Assembly: GCA_963771235.1 (NCBI GenBank) | Contig: CAVYSP010000004.1 | Coordinates: 89,621-153,620, forward strand | DNA from: an uncultured Gammaproteobacteria bacterium | GTDB lineage: Bacteria > Pseudomonadota > Gammaproteobacteria > Xanthomonadales > Rhodanobacteraceae | Direction: 5' to 3' | DNA length: 64,000 bases | Shown: positions 38,689 to 51,551 of the stretch, piece after piece | Layout: each line of letters starts with the position of its first letter | Position numbering within the stretch: position 1 is the stretch's first letter | Position numbers and translations under genes: made by a program | The notes under the pieces: model-generated | Seen by the model: the letters and a program-made list of their open reading frames with translations, nothing else | Told to the model about the DNA's origin: nothing | Database searches by the model: none

Positions 38689-40805
38689 ATGGCCATGACA
38701 GAAAACACGAAGGTCAATGAAGACACCGATGCCAACGAGGCGCAGATCGCGGTGCACTGGAAAGAGGAGGAATATTTCAAGCCGTCGGAGGCCTTCGTCC
38801 GGCAGGCGAACATGCACGATCCCGATGTGCGCAAGCGCTTCGCGGAAGACAACTTCCCGGATTGCTTCCGCGAATATGCGGACATGTTGACCTGGTCGAC
38901 GCCCTATACGAGCGTGCTGGATACCAGCCATCCGCCGTTCTGGAAATGGTTTGTCGGCGGCAAGTTGAACGCCTGCTACAACTGCGTCGATCGGCACCTG
39001 GCCGAACATCGCAACAAGGCCGCGCTCACGTTCGTCGGCGAGCCGGAAGAAGATGCGCCGGTGGTGCTCACTTACCAGGAGCTGTATGTCCGGGTCAACG
39101 AGATGGCCGCCCTGCTGCGCGATTATTGCGGCCTCAAGGCCGGCGACCGGGTGACGCTGCACCTGCCGATGACGCTGGACCTGCCCATCACCATGCTCGC
39201 CTGTGCCCGCCTGGGAATCATCCATTCGCAGGTGTTCGGCGGGTTCTCCGGTCAATCGTGTGGTTCGCGCATCGCAGGACTCCGGCAGCCGCTATCTGAT
39301 CACCACCGATGCCTATTGGCGGTCAGGCAAATTGATCGATCACAAGCAAACGGCCGATATCGCGGTGGCGACCGCGGAGAAGGCCGGCCAGCACGTCGAC
39401 AAGGTCCTGATCTGGCAGCGCTACCCCGGCAAGTACAGCGCGCAGACGCCGATGGTCGAGGGGCGCGACGTGTTCGTCAACGAATCCTGAAAAAGTACGT
39501 GGGCCAGCGGATCGACCCGGTGCCGATGGATCGGAGGCGCCGTTGTTCCTGATGTACTCCAGCGGCACCACCGGCAAGCCCAAGGGCTGCCAGCATCGCA
39601 CCGGCGGATACCTGGCCTATGTCACCGGCACCTCCAAGTATCATCCAGGACATCCATCTTTCCGATACCTACTGGTGCATGGCCGACATTGGCTGGATCA
39701 CCGGGCATTCGTACATCGTCTACGGTCCGCTTGCGCTGGCCGCGACCAGTGTCATCTACGAGGGCGTGCCCACGTATCCGGATGCGTGTCGTCCGTGGCG
39801 GATTGCCGAGCGACTGGGCGTCAACATTTTCCACACGTCGCCGACGGCGGTTCGCGCCCTGCGCCGAGCTCGGGCCCGATGAACCGGCAAGAACAAGCAG
39901 CACTTCAAGCACATGACCACCGTGGGCGAGCCGATCGAACCGGAGGCCTGGCGCTGGTACTACGACGAGGTTGGCAAACGCGAGGCCGTGATCGTGGATA
40001 CCTGGTGGCAGACCGAAAACGGCGGCGTCCTGTGCAGCACGCTGCCGGCCCTCGACGCGATGAAGCCCGGCAGCGCCGGGCCGGCGCTGCCGGGGATTTA
40101 CCCGATCATCTACGACGAGAACGGCGACGAAGTCGCCAGGGGTTCCGGACAAGCCGGCAATCTCTGCATCCGCAATCCGTGGCCCGGGATCATCCAGACC
40201 ATCTGGGGCGACGACCAGCGCTTCGTGGATACCTATTACAAGCGCTATTGCACGGACCCGGCCAGCACGGATTGGCGCGACTGGCCCTACCTGTCCGGAG
40301 ACGGCGCGATGCAGGCGGCAGATGGTTATTTCCGCATCCTCGGCCGGATCGACGACGTCATCAACGTGTCCGGCCACCGCCTGGGCACCAAGGAAATCGA
40401 ATCGGCCTGCCTCACCGTACCGGAAGTGGCCGAAGCCGCCGTGGTACCGGTGATGGACGAGATCAAGGGACGGGTGCCTGACGTTTACGTGTCGGTCAAT
40501 CCCGGCTCGGGCAGCGCCGCGCAGACGTTGCCCATCGCGTGATCGCGGCGTGCGAGGAAACGATCGGAAAGATTGCGCGCCCGCGCAAGGTTCACGTCGT
40601 GTCGGACATGCCCAAGACCCGCTCCGGCAAGATCATGCGCCGGGTGCTCGCCGCGATTTCCAATGGACGCAATGTGGGCGACGTGACCACCCTGGCCAAC
40701 CCGGATGTGGTCGAGGAGATTCGGGTCATGGTGCAGGGCGAGCATGCCGTGGCCTCGACCGAGGTGTTGCCCGACGACATTGGCAAGTTCGGGCAAAACG
40801 AGTGA
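38689..40805 (+). CDS. acs: Second, divergent acetate-CoA ligase; about six apparent frameshifts (assembly error or pseudogene)
   Basis: [66 protein letters not shown] spread over consecutive frames. Confidence 0.88.
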
Positions 40806-40886
40806 CTGGTCGCGTCAAGGCACGGTCGCTGGCGGCTGCCCATGCAGTGTTCGCGACGAACCTTCGCCAGCAGCTGGATTGAGTCA

Positions 40887-41135
40887 ATGAGCCTGTCGGT
40901 GCATCCGCAAGAACTGGAACAGGAACAGCGCCGCGCCGTCGAGGCGGCGCGCGCGGCTTGTTTGCGCGGCGCGCTGGACGCGTACGAGCGCGCCGGGCTC
41001 GGCGGCTTGTGCGAAGCGGGCCGCTGGGAGATGGTCGTCGATGCCCTCCAGTCGCTGGACGTGGATGCCGTCGTCCGGGGGCTGGCGGAAGGCCCGCACG
41101 TCGAGACCCGACGCGATGGCGCCGGGCACCCGTAG
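40887..41135 (+). CDS. Small helical protein of unknown function downstream of second acs
   Basis: 82 aa, AVEAARAACLRGALDAYERAGLGGLCEAGRWEMVVDALQSLD; host-like codon use; co-oriented with acs2. Confidence 0.65.
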   Translation: MSLSVHPQELEQEQRRAVEAARAACLRGALDAYERAGLGGLCEAGRWEMVVDALQSLDVDAVVRGLAEGPHVETRRDGAGHP

Positions 41136-41307
41136 TTCATTCGCCCAAACGCCCTGTTCCCACCGCCCCCCAGGGGACGCTAAAAGTTCCCGACGGAGAG
41201 GGCTTGTGCCGGGCACTTTGACGCCAATCAGGAAATGCTTGACGTCACCGCCGTTGCCGTCGCGGGCTTTATTTGCCGCCGGCGTGAGCCACTCGCCACA
41301 CCGTTCC

Positions 41308-43248
<1,941 letters not shown>

Positions 43249-43435
43249 GGCTTGGCTCCTGCTGGCTTGGCGTGGACTGGGACGACGGGAACATCGCGCA
43301 GGCAGCAACGTCGTGCGGCCCGGGCCTTCGAGTGTAGCGTGATCACCCCGCCGCTGGCGGCACCGGCGAGTTGATGACGGGCGCTGCATCCCCCATGTCT
43401 CGATGAGTGAGATCCCGCGACGCGACACTTCCTTC

Positions 43436-44554
43436 ATGACCGCCTCCCCGTCATCACCGGCGTCACCACCGCAAGCCGGCGCGACTCGTCCGCACAAGGG
43501 ACGTGGCGCGGCCTCCAATCCCGAGGGCCGTTTCGAAAGCATCCGCCATCAGGCCGAGGACGATGGCTGGCACAGCGACCTCCTCGATGAAGACTCCCCG
43601 CGCCCGCGCACCGAGGTCACCGAAGAGCGGGCGCGCAGCGTGATCAGCCGCAACGATTCGCCGGACATCGCCTTCAGCCAGGCGATCAACCCGTATCGGG
43701 GTTGCGAGCACGGCTGCATCTATTGCTTCGCGCGCCCTTCGCACAGCTATCTCAATCTTTCGCCGGGTCTCGATTTCGAAACGAAGCTGCGGGCCAAGGT
43801 CAACCTGGCCGAGGTGCTGCGTTCGGAGCTGGGCAAGCCCGGCTATGTGGCCAGCCCGATCAATATCGGCAGCAATACCGATCCGTATCAGCCGATCGAA
43901 AAGCAGTGGCGGCTGACCCGCGCCGCACTGGAATTACTCGCCGAATGTCACCATCCGTGCACCATCGTCACCAAGAACGCGATGGTCGAACGTGACCTGG
44001 ACATCCTGCTGGCGATGGCGCGCGAGCAGCTGGTCCAGGTGTTCATTTCAGTCAACTCGCTGGACAACCAGCTGGCCGCCAAACTCGAACCGCGCGCCAG
44101 CGCGCCGCATCGGCGCATCAAGGCCATCCGCACTTTGGCCGACGCCGGCGTGCCGGTGGGCGTGCTGGTGGCGCCCGTCATCCCGGCGCTGAACGACAAG
44201 GACATGGAGGCGGTGCTGGCGCAGGCGGCCGACGCCGGCGCGCGCTGCGCGGGTTACACCACCTTGCGTCTGCCGCATGAACTGAAAGCATTGTTCCGCG
44301 AGTGGCTGGCGTTGCACGCCCCGCAGCGTGCCGAGCACGTGATGAGTCTGGTGCAACAGATGAACAGTGGCCGCGATTACGACAGCAACTTCGCCACCCG
44401 CATGCACGGCTCGGGCGTGTTCGCCGCCTTGCTGCGCCGACGGTTCGAGCTGGCCTGCCGCAAGCACGGCTTCGGGCGCGCACGCGAGTTGACGCTGGAC
44501 ACCACGCGCTTCGTGCCGCCGCGCGAAGCGTCGCCGCAGGGCGAGTTGTTCTGA
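43436..44554 (+). CDS. Radical SAM protein, PA0069/SPL-like family
   Basis: [23 protein letters not shown] (CxxxCxxC), NTDPYQPIE, terminal QGELF. Confidence 0.9.
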   Translation: MTASPSSPASPPQAGATRPHKGRGAASNPEGRFESIRHQAEDDGWHSDLLDEDSPRPRTEVTEERARSVISRNDSPDIAFSQAINPYRGCEHGCIYCFARPSHSYLNLSPGLDFETKLRAKVNLAEVLRSELGKPGYVASPINIGSNTDPYQPIEKQWRLTRAALELLAECHHPCTIVTKNAMVERDLDILLAMAREQLVQVFISVNSLDNQLAAKLEPRASAPHRRIKAIRTLADAGVPVGVLVAPVIPALNDKDMEAVLAQAADAGARCAGYTTLRLPHELKALFREWLALHAPQRAEHVMSLVQQMNSGRDYDSNFATRMHGSGVFAALLRRRFELACRKHGFGRARELTLDTTRFVPPREASPQGELF

Positions 44555-44737
44555 TTCAGTTGCGGGACATGTCTGCCCTGCGCGCCACCAGCGGCTTGCG
44601 TGCAACCTTGTTAAGCGTCCGTCGCGCACCGACGCCGCGAGGCGCACCGCAGATTCACGCACGTCCATGCAGGCTGTCGACACACCCACCTGCACGACTG
44701 TCACCAGCACCGTGCATCTTTACTGAGGAAATCCCGT

Positions 44738-45076
44738 ATGACCAATGCACCCCGCTTTCTTTCCGCGTCCACCCTCTCCGGCGACTCGATCAAGAACCCC
44801 CAGGGCGATTCGCTGGGGGATCTCAAGGACATCATGATCGACACCACGTCCGGCAAGGTCGCCTATGGCGTGCTGTCCTTCGGCGGCGTCCTGGGCATGG
44901 GCAACAAATTGTTTGCCGTGCCATGGGACGCGTTGACCGTGGACGGCGAGGACAAGTGTCTCGTGCTCAACGTCAGCAAGGAGCGGCTGAAGGAAGCCCC
45001 CGGCTTCGACAAGGATCACTGGCCGGACTTCGCCGAGCCGGCCTTTGCCGACAAGCTGCGCGGCTATTACCGCTGA
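44738..45076 (+). CDS. PRC-barrel domain protein
   Basis: LGDLKDIMID...GKVAYGVLSFGGVLGMGNKLFAVPW, APGFDKDHWP. Confidence 0.9.
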   Translation: MTNAPRFLSASTLSGDSIKNPQGDSLGDLKDIMIDTTSGKVAYGVLSFGGVLGMGNKLFAVPWDALTVDGEDKCLVLNVSKERLKEAPGFDKDHWPDFAEPAFADKLRGYYR

Positions 45077-45295
45077 GAGGTTGTGACTATTCAACCTCTC
45101 AGGCCGGCCACGGCGAGGGCATGGCGAGGACATGGCGAGGACATGGATGTCCGAGTTGAGGCAACGCAGGAGCGGTTGCCCGATGTGCCGGACATGAAAC
45201 AGTCACGCGAGTGACTGTTTCATGTGAGCGAGTCCGGGCGTGTACCGGACCCGCGATAGAAGAAAACCACAGGAGGTGGTTTTCTTCCCAGACTC
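45077..45295 (+). mobile_element. MITE-like structured repeat, copy 3
   Basis: Homologous to copies 1 and 2, single 36-bp unit; begins immediately after the TGA stop of the PRC-barrel gene. Confidence 0.72.
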
Positions 45296-45349
45296 GAGTC
45301 AGCAGCCGGCGCCGAGCAATCGGCGCTGGCTCTTCATGTGGGTGGGCCG

Positions 45350-47035
45350 TCAGTCCGGATCGCGGTCGGCGGCACGCTGAACCACCCGGTCGCGGCGCAA
45401 CGCACTGACCAGCAGGCTGATCCCGAGCACGGTGGCCACGGCGAGAAAAAGGACGGACAGGTAAGGCAGCCCGAACAAGCGTCCGCCCCCCTGGATGCGC
45501 GTGGTCAGTGCGGCACCGATCACCAGTGCCGCCACGATCACGCCGGTGGCAACGCGGTTGGCGATCTTCTGCATGCTCTCCATCATGCGCGACTCTTCCA
45601 GGCCGTCGATGCGTACACGCAGGCGGTTTTCCGCAAGCGTGCGCAGGATGGCCGCCATGTGCTGTGGCGTATGTCGCGCCAGCTCCTGCAGGTCCAGCCA
45701 TTCACTGGCCAGGTTGGCCGGCGACATCGAGCTGATCGCCTGCTGGCGCATCACCTGCTGCAGGTGTTGTTCCACCAGCGCGCGCACGTCCATGGCCGGG
45801 TCGAGCGCGGTGGTCACCGCTTCCAGATTGAGCAAGGTCTTGCCCAGGATGCTCATTTCCGGCGGCGGGCGCAGGCCGCACACCGCGCCGACACGCGCCA
45901 GTTCCAGCACCAGCCGTCCCTCCGACAAGCCTTCCTTGACGTCCTGGAGTCCGGCATAGCTGGAAACCAGCTGGTCGATCTGTCGGCGATAAGCACCGTG
46001 CTGGAAATCCTCCAGCGGCGTGCCCATCGCCTCGCTGATCTCGCCGACCTGGTCGGCGTTGCCTCCAATGGCACCGAGCAGCAATTTGAGCAGCTGGCGG
46101 CGCGTTCGCGGCGGCAGTCGCGCCACCATGCCCAGGTCGAACAGGGCCAGTCGCTGGTCGTCCATCAGCAAGACGTTGCCCGGGTGCGGGTCGGCATGCA
46201 CCAGGCCATGCACGAATACCTGATCGAGATAGGCGCGCATCAATTCGGCGGCCTCGGCTCGCATCGGGTGCTCGATGCGGCGCAGCGGCGGCACGTGGGT
46301 GACCTTGATGCCGCCGACGCGATCCATGGTGAGCACGCGTGCGGTGGTGAAATCGTCCAGCGGTTGCGGCACATACAGGCGCGTGTAGCTCTTGAGATTG
46401 GTGGCAAAGCGGCGCAGGTTCGCCGCCTCCAGCTCGAAGTCGATCTCGTTGGCCAGGCTGTGGCGCAGCTCGCTGACCCAGTCCACGAAACCGTAGCGCC
46501 GGCCGATTTCGGTCATGCGTTCGGCGGCGCCGGCAAGCTTTTCCAGGATCGCCAGGTCCTCGCGCAGGGTTTCGGCGATATGCGGACGCTGGACCTTCAC
46601 TACCACCGACCGGCCGTCGCGCAGCGTCGCGGCATGCACCTGGGCCACCGAGCCGGCGGCCAGCGGTTCGTCGTCGAAGCTGCCGAACAGGATGGCGATG
46701 CGTGCGCCCAGTTCTTCCTCGATCACCGCGCGCACGGCCTCGACCGGCACCGCCGCGACGTTGTCCTGCATGCGCTCCAGTGCACTCATGTAGGCCGGTG
46801 GCACCATGTCGGGCCGGGTCGACAAGGCCTGGCCGATCTTGATGAAGGTCGGCCCCAGGGCTTCGAGATCGTCGACGAATTGTTCCGGCCGACCTTCCGG
46901 GACCTGGCCGGCCTGCTCGGCCAGGGTGGATTCCTGCATGTCCAGGTCCAGTCCATCGAACAGGCCGGCCTTGCGATAGCGCAGCAGGAACGCGCCGATC
47001 TGCGCGTAACGGGACAGACTGGCGTGCTGGCTCAT
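45350..47035 (-). CDS. ABC1/UbiB/AarF-family atypical kinase
   Basis: LGPTFIKIGQALSTRPD, LAAGSVAQVH, VKVQRP, HADPHPGN, DLGMV; two C-term TM helices. Confidence 0.92.
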   Translation of the reverse strand: MSQHASLSRYAQIGAFLLRYRKAGLFDGLDLDMQESTLAEQAGQVPEGRPEQFVDDLEALGPTFIKIGQALSTRPDMVPPAYMSALERMQDNVAAVPVEAVRAVIEEELGARIAILFGSFDDEPLAAGSVAQVHAATLRDGRSVVVKVQRPHIAETLREDLAILEKLAGAAERMTEIGRRYGFVDWVSELRHSLANEIDFELEAANLRRFATNLKSYTRLYVPQPLDDFTTARVLTMDRVGGIKVTHVPPLRRIEHPMRAEAAELMRAYLDQVFVHGLVHADPHPGNVLLMDDQRLALFDLGMVARLPPRTRRQLLKLLLGAIGGNADQVGEISEAMGTPLEDFQHGAYRRQIDQLVSSYAGLQDVKEGLSEGRLVLELARVGAVCGLRPPPEMSILGKTLLNLEAVTTALDPAMDVRALVEQHLQQVMRQQAISSMSPANLASEWLDLQELARHTPQHMAAILRTLAENRLRVRIDGLEESRMMESMQKIANRVATGVIVAALVIGAALTTRIQGGGRLFGLPYLSVLFLAVATVLGISLLVSALRRDRVVQRAADRDPD

Positions 47036-47126
47036 GCTGGGGCTCCGGGAGTACGCGCCGATGCTGACGGTTGCGGCGGCAATATCGCGTCAACGCGATG
47101 CCATGGCGCCGAAAGCCCTGCCGCCG

Positions 47127-49184
47127 TCAGTCCCCCGGCGGCAGATACTTGCCGAACCATTCCAGCGCGCGCTGCAGCACGTCGCGCTGGTGCGCCGGGT
47201 CGACGAAGTGGTGGCCTTCATTCGGGTACACCACCAGCGAGGTCGGCACCCCTTGCGCGCGCAGTGCGTGCCACATCTCGAACGATTGCGGTGCGGGGCA
47301 TTCGGCGTCGCGGTCGCCGACCACGATCAGCATCGGGGTCTTCACTTTCTTGATGAAGTTGATCGCCGAACTCTTCGCGTATACCGCCGGGTCGTCGTAG
47401 ACGGTGGCGCCGAAGAACGGCGGCATCCACTGGTCGATCAGGTTCTCGCCGTAGTAACTCTGCCAGTTCGAGATGCCGGCGCCGGCCACCACCGCGCGGA
47501 AGCGCTGGGTCTGGGTCGGCGCGAACATGCTCATGAAGCCGCCGTAGCTCCAGCCGGTGAGACCGAGCCGCTTGTCGTCTACCGGGACTTTCTTCTCCAC
47601 CGCATCGATGCCGGCCAGGATGTCGCGCAGGTCGCCGTAGCCAAAGTCCTTGCGGTTTGCCTGCACGTATTTTTCGCCCTGGCCGAAGCTGCCGCGCGGG
47701 TTCGGCTGGAACACGAAATAGTCCAGTGCGGACAGCGCCGCGGCGCCATAGCCCACGCCGGGCCAGCGCGGAATCACGGCGCTGGACGGCCCGCCGTGCA
47801 CGACCACGATCATCGGGTAGGTCTTGTGCGGGTCGTAGTTGGCCGGGTACAGCAGCCAACCCTGCACGTGGAAACCCTCGTTGTCCCACTCCACCGATTC
47901 GGTGCGGCCCCAGGCCGGTTTCAGCGCGGCGTTGAACGAGGTCACCGCGGGCGGCGGCGTGTGGTCGAGCGCGCCGGCGTGCACTTCGGTGGCGACGGCG
48001 TACGAGCTTTGCAGATAGGCGACCTGCTTGAGGTCGTCCGACAACGACATTGCCATCGATGCGCTGCCGTCACTGATGCTGGCGGGCACGGTGAAATGCA
48101 CGGCCTGCTCCTGTGCACGATCCGCCGAGACGGTGTAATCCGCCAGCTGGCTCTGGCCGTTGCTGATCTGGCTGACCAGCATCGACCGCGGCCCGGTCCA
48201 GCGCAGCCATGACGGCGTGACCTTGATGCCGGGCGTGAGGTTGACCAGTTTGCCGCCGCTGGCCGGGACCGCGTAGATGTCGCCGCCGGTGGCGCCCTGG
48301 TCGCTCATCAGGCCGCCGATGAAGGCGATCCGCGTGGCATCCGGCGACCAGCGCGGCAGCGCGATCTGCAAACTGCGCAGCGAGCCGCTGTCGGTGCTGG
48401 TCGGATCGGCCAGCACGCGGGCTTTGGCCTCCGCTTGCGCTGGCTGCACGTAGAGTTTGGCGATCCACCAGTTGTTGTCGCCCGGCGGCAACGCCGCGGT
48501 GTAGGCGATGCGCGAGCCGTCCGGTGACCAGTCGAACTCGTACGCGTACAGGTTGGCCGGGGTCAGTTCGCGCAGCGCGCCGCTGGCCACGTCGACGCTG
48601 GCCACGCGCTGCACTTCCACCCCGGTCACGCCGATTTCGCCGGCCGGCGGCTTGGCCGCGGCTACTGCGCTGGCGCGGCGAGTGGCGCCGGGCACGTACA
48701 GGAAACCCAGCGACTTGCCGTCGGCAGTCCATTGCAGCGAGCGCACGTAGCCTTTCAGCTCGGCCAGCCGCGCCGGTGCGTCGCGGCTGCCGGTGTCGGC
48801 GAGATAGATGTCGTTCTGCATCGGCCGGGTGCTGGTGAGGTCGACGCGGCAGTTGGCGATGAAGGCGAGATGGCGCGAGTCGGGTGCCCAGGCGATGCCG
48901 GATTCGGCGCAGCTGCCGGGCTTGGCCGCCGCGCTCACGCGATGCGCATGACTGCCGTCGGCATTCGCCACCTCGATCGCCGGCTTGCCGTCACGGCGGA
49001 TCACCCAGGCGAGCTGCTTGCCATCCGGCGAGATCGCGGTCGCCTGGATCGACTGCGCCTTGCCCAGTTCGGTCAGCACCTGCTCGATGCGCGGGTCCAC
49101 TTTGGGCGCGTCGGCAAAGGCGTGTGGTGCCAGCGCCAGGGCCAGCAGCGACAGCGGGACGGTCAGGTGCGAGTGCTTCGGCAT
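47127..49184 (-). CDS. Secreted S9-family peptidase (beta-propeller + alpha/beta hydrolase)
   Basis: Signal peptide, WSPDG repeats, VHGGP, GWSYGG nucleophile, GDRDAEC, EGHH. Confidence 0.93.
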   Translation of the reverse strand: MPKHSHLTVPLSLLALALAPHAFADAPKVDPRIEQVLTELGKAQSIQATAISPDGKQLAWVIRRDGKPAIEVANADGSHAHRVSAAAKPGSCAESGIAWAPDSRHLAFIANCRVDLTSTRPMQNDIYLADTGSRDAPARLAELKGYVRSLQWTADGKSLGFLYVPGATRRASAVAAAKPPAGEIGVTGVEVQRVASVDVASGALRELTPANLYAYEFDWSPDGSRIAYTAALPPGDNNWWIAKLYVQPAQAEAKARVLADPTSTDSGSLRSLQIALPRWSPDATRIAFIGGLMSDQGATGGDIYAVPASGGKLVNLTPGIKVTPSWLRWTGPRSMLVSQISNGQSQLADYTVSADRAQEQAVHFTVPASISDGSASMAMSLSDDLKQVAYLQSSYAVATEVHAGALDHTPPPAVTSFNAALKPAWGRTESVEWDNEGFHVQGWLLYPANYDPHKTYPMIVVVHGGPSSAVIPRWPGVGYGAAALSALDYFVFQPNPRGSFGQGEKYVQANRKDFGYGDLRDILAGIDAVEKKVPVDDKRLGLTGWSYGGFMSMFAPTQTQRFRAVVAGAGISNWQSYYGENLIDQWMPPFFGATVYDDPAVYAKSSAINFIKKVKTPMLIVVGDRDAECPAPQSFEMWHALRAQGVPTSLVVYPNEGHHFVDPAHQRDVLQRALEWFGKYLPPGD

Positions 49185-49264
49185 GCTGTGGGTTTCCTGC
49201 GTGGGAATCCCGAACCTACAACCCCCCGCGGGGCACGCCAAGTGCGGGACGGCATGTTGCACCT

Positions 49265-49346
49265 TCGCAGGAGCCCGCTCGCGGGCGCTGCTCTTGTTGC
49301 AGCAACGGAGAGAGCAAAGGCATCGCCCGCGAGCGGGCTCCTGCGA
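49265..49346. repeat. Inverted REP pair (REPIN-like)
   Basis: TCGCAGGAGCCCGCTCGCGGGCG ... CGCCCGCGAGCGGGCTCCTGCGA; third copy at 50598-50621. Confidence 0.8.
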
Positions 49347-49370
49347 TTATGGCGTTTCCGGCATTGCCGA

Positions 49371-50403
49371 TCAGGTCAGCGCGCCATCGGCTTCGAGGTG
49401 GTAGTGCGTGGCCAGCTCGACTTCGTCCTTCGATCCCAGGAACACCGGCACGCGCTGGTGCAGGCCGGTCGGCTGCAATTCCATGATGCGCTGACGGCCG
49501 GTGGTGGCCGCGCCGCCGGCCTGCTCCACGATGAAGGCCATCGGATTGGCCTCGTACATGAGGCGCAGCTTGCCGCCCTGCTTCTCGATCTTGGCGTCCA
49601 GCGGGTAATAGAACACGCCGCCGCGGGTCACGATGCGGTGCACGTCGGCGACCATCGAGGCGACCCAGCGCATGTTGAAATCCTTGCCGCGCGGCCCCGG
49701 CTTGCCGGCCAGCAGTTCGCCGATGTAGCGCTGCATCGGTGCCTGCCAGTGACGCTGGTTGGACATGTTGATGGCGAACTCGGCGGTCTGCTCCGGTATG
49801 CGGATATCGCGCCGGCTCAGCACGAAGCTGCCCACCTCGCGATCCAGCGTGAACTCGTGCGTGCCATGGCCGACGGTCAGCACCAGCACGGTGGCCGGCC
49901 CATACACCACGTAGCCGGCCGCCAGCTGTTTCGTGCCCGGCTGCAGGAAGTGCTCGGCCCGCGGTTCGGTGACGTCGTCCGGGCAACGCAGCACCGAGAA
50001 GATCGTGCCGACCGAAACGTTGACGTCGATGTTGGAGCTGCCGTCCAGCGGATCGAACATCAGCAGGTGATTGCCCTTCGGATAGCCGGTCGGGAATCTG
50101 TTGCGGGTCTTCCATTTCCTCCGACGCGCAGGCGGCGAGATGGCCGCCCCAGGCATTGGCCTCGAGCAGGATCTCGTTGGAGATCACGTCCAGTTTCTTC
50201 TGCGCCTCGCCCTGCACGTTGATGCTTTGCGCGTCCTCGCTGCCGGCCATGCCCAGCACGTCGCCCAGCGCGCCCTTGCCGGTGGCCACCGCAATGCGCT
50301 TGCAGGCGCGCGCCACCACTTCGATCAGCAGCGAGAGCTCGGCGTTGATGTGGTCGGCGCGGCGCTCCTCGATCAGGAACTGGGTCAGTGAGATGGGCTT
50401 CAT
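49371..50403 (-). CDS. fbp: Class 1 fructose-1,6-bisphosphatase; one apparent frameshift near 50100
   Basis: [49 protein letters not shown]. Confidence 0.95.
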
Positions 50404-50449
50404 GTCGGGTCCATGGCAGAAGGAACGGGCATTGTCGCATTTGACGGCG

Positions 50450-50677
50450 GGGGATCGGGAACGGGGAGCGGGGAACGGGGGAACAGGGAACAGGGAACAG
50501 GGGAACAGGGAACAGGGAACAGGGAACAGGGAACAGAACGGGAACAGGGAAAGCAGGAGCCCCATTCCCCGAAACCCTCCGCTCCCTCCGTCCCCGACAG
50601 GAGCCCGCTCGCGGGCGATGCTTTCCGGTTTCCCGTTCCCCATTCCCCATCCCCGTTCCCCGTTCCCCATTCCCATC
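50450..50677. repeat. Composite repeat: (GGGAACA)n tract, central REP, inverted (TTCCCCR)-type tract
   Basis: Heptamer run ~50457-50552, REP 50598-50621, complementary heptamer run ~50628-50676. Confidence 0.85.
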
Positions 50678-50680
50678 CGC

Positions 50681-50708
50681 CCCTGCTGACAACACGCTGG
50701 CAGCAGGG
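50681..50708. promoter_or_regulatory. Palindromic candidate operator for the YafY/WYL regulator
   Basis: CCCTGCTGACA-ACACGC-TGGCAGCAGGG (10 of 11 symmetric), ~40 bp upstream of the DJ-1 gene. Confidence 0.55.
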
Positions 50709-50746
50709 CACCCGCAAACTGCACCTCCACGGCGGAGGAACAAGAC

Positions 50747-51355
50747 ATGCGCGATACGGTTTATTTCCTGGTGTTCGATGGTTTTGCCGACTGGCAGGCG
50801 GCGCTGGCCCTGTGCGAGATCCGTCGCCCCGGCGACTGGGAGGTCCGAACGGTGGGCTTCGCCCGCACGCCGGTCATCTCGATGGGCGGACTTTGCGTGC
50901 AGCCGGAGCTGGCGCTGGACCAGCTCGAGGACGCACGCGCCGCCATGCTGATCGTGCCGGGCGGCCACCTGTGGCTGCGCGGCGAGGGCGCGCCGGCGGT
51001 GGCGGCGATGCGCCGGCTGCATGCGGCCGGTGCGGTGGTCGCCGGCATCGACAGCGGTGTCCTGGCGCTGGCCCGCGCCGGCCTGCTCGACGATTGCCGT
51101 CACACCGGCAACTGGTCCGGCCAGATCGCGGCGCAGGTGCCCACGTATGCAGGTGCAGAGCAGTACGACAGCGAGGCGCTCGCGGTCAGCGACGGTGGCG
51201 TGATCAGCGCCAGCCACCTGGGCAGCGTGGAGTTCGCCCGCGAGGTGATCCACACGCTCGACCTGTACAGCCCCAGCGACCGCGATCACTGGTATCGCCT
51301 GTTCAAGCACGCGCAGCTGCCGCCCTGGTGCGTCGGCGAAGCCGTGGCGGCATGA
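50747..51355 (+). CDS. DJ-1/PfpI (YoaZ-like) family protein with Asp at the usual catalytic Cys position
   Basis: [53 protein letters not shown]. Confidence 0.85.
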   Translation: MRDTVYFLVFDGFADWQAALALCEIRRPGDWEVRTVGFARTPVISMGGLCVQPELALDQLEDARAAMLIVPGGHLWLRGEGAPAVAAMRRLHAAGAVVAGIDSGVLALARAGLLDDCRHTGNWSGQIAAQVPTYAGAEQYDSEALAVSDGGVISASHLGSVEFAREVIHTLDLYSPSDRDHWYRLFKHAQLPPWCVGEAVAA

Positions 51356-51365
51356 GGAAGTCGAC

Positions 51366-51551
51366 ATGAACAAGCTTCTGCGACTTACCCTGACCGCCTA
51401 CCGTCCGCTGTATCTGCACGGTCTGTGGCTGGACGGCCAGCTCCATCTGCCAAAAGCGGAGCCGACGAATGCGAGTGGCGCTCCTCGAGTACGCCGACGT
51501 ACCCTGCTTGCCGCACTGAACCACATCGTCTTTCACCCCCGGAGCAAGTGA
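51366..51551 (+). CDS. Small basic hypothetical protein (61 aa)
   Basis: GAGGA SD; fills the gap between DJ-1 and GST; TGA overlaps GST ATG (TGATG). Confidence 0.55.
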   Translation: MNKLLRLTLTAYRPLYLHGLWLDGQLHLPKAEPTNASGAPRVRRRTLLAALNHIVFHPRSK

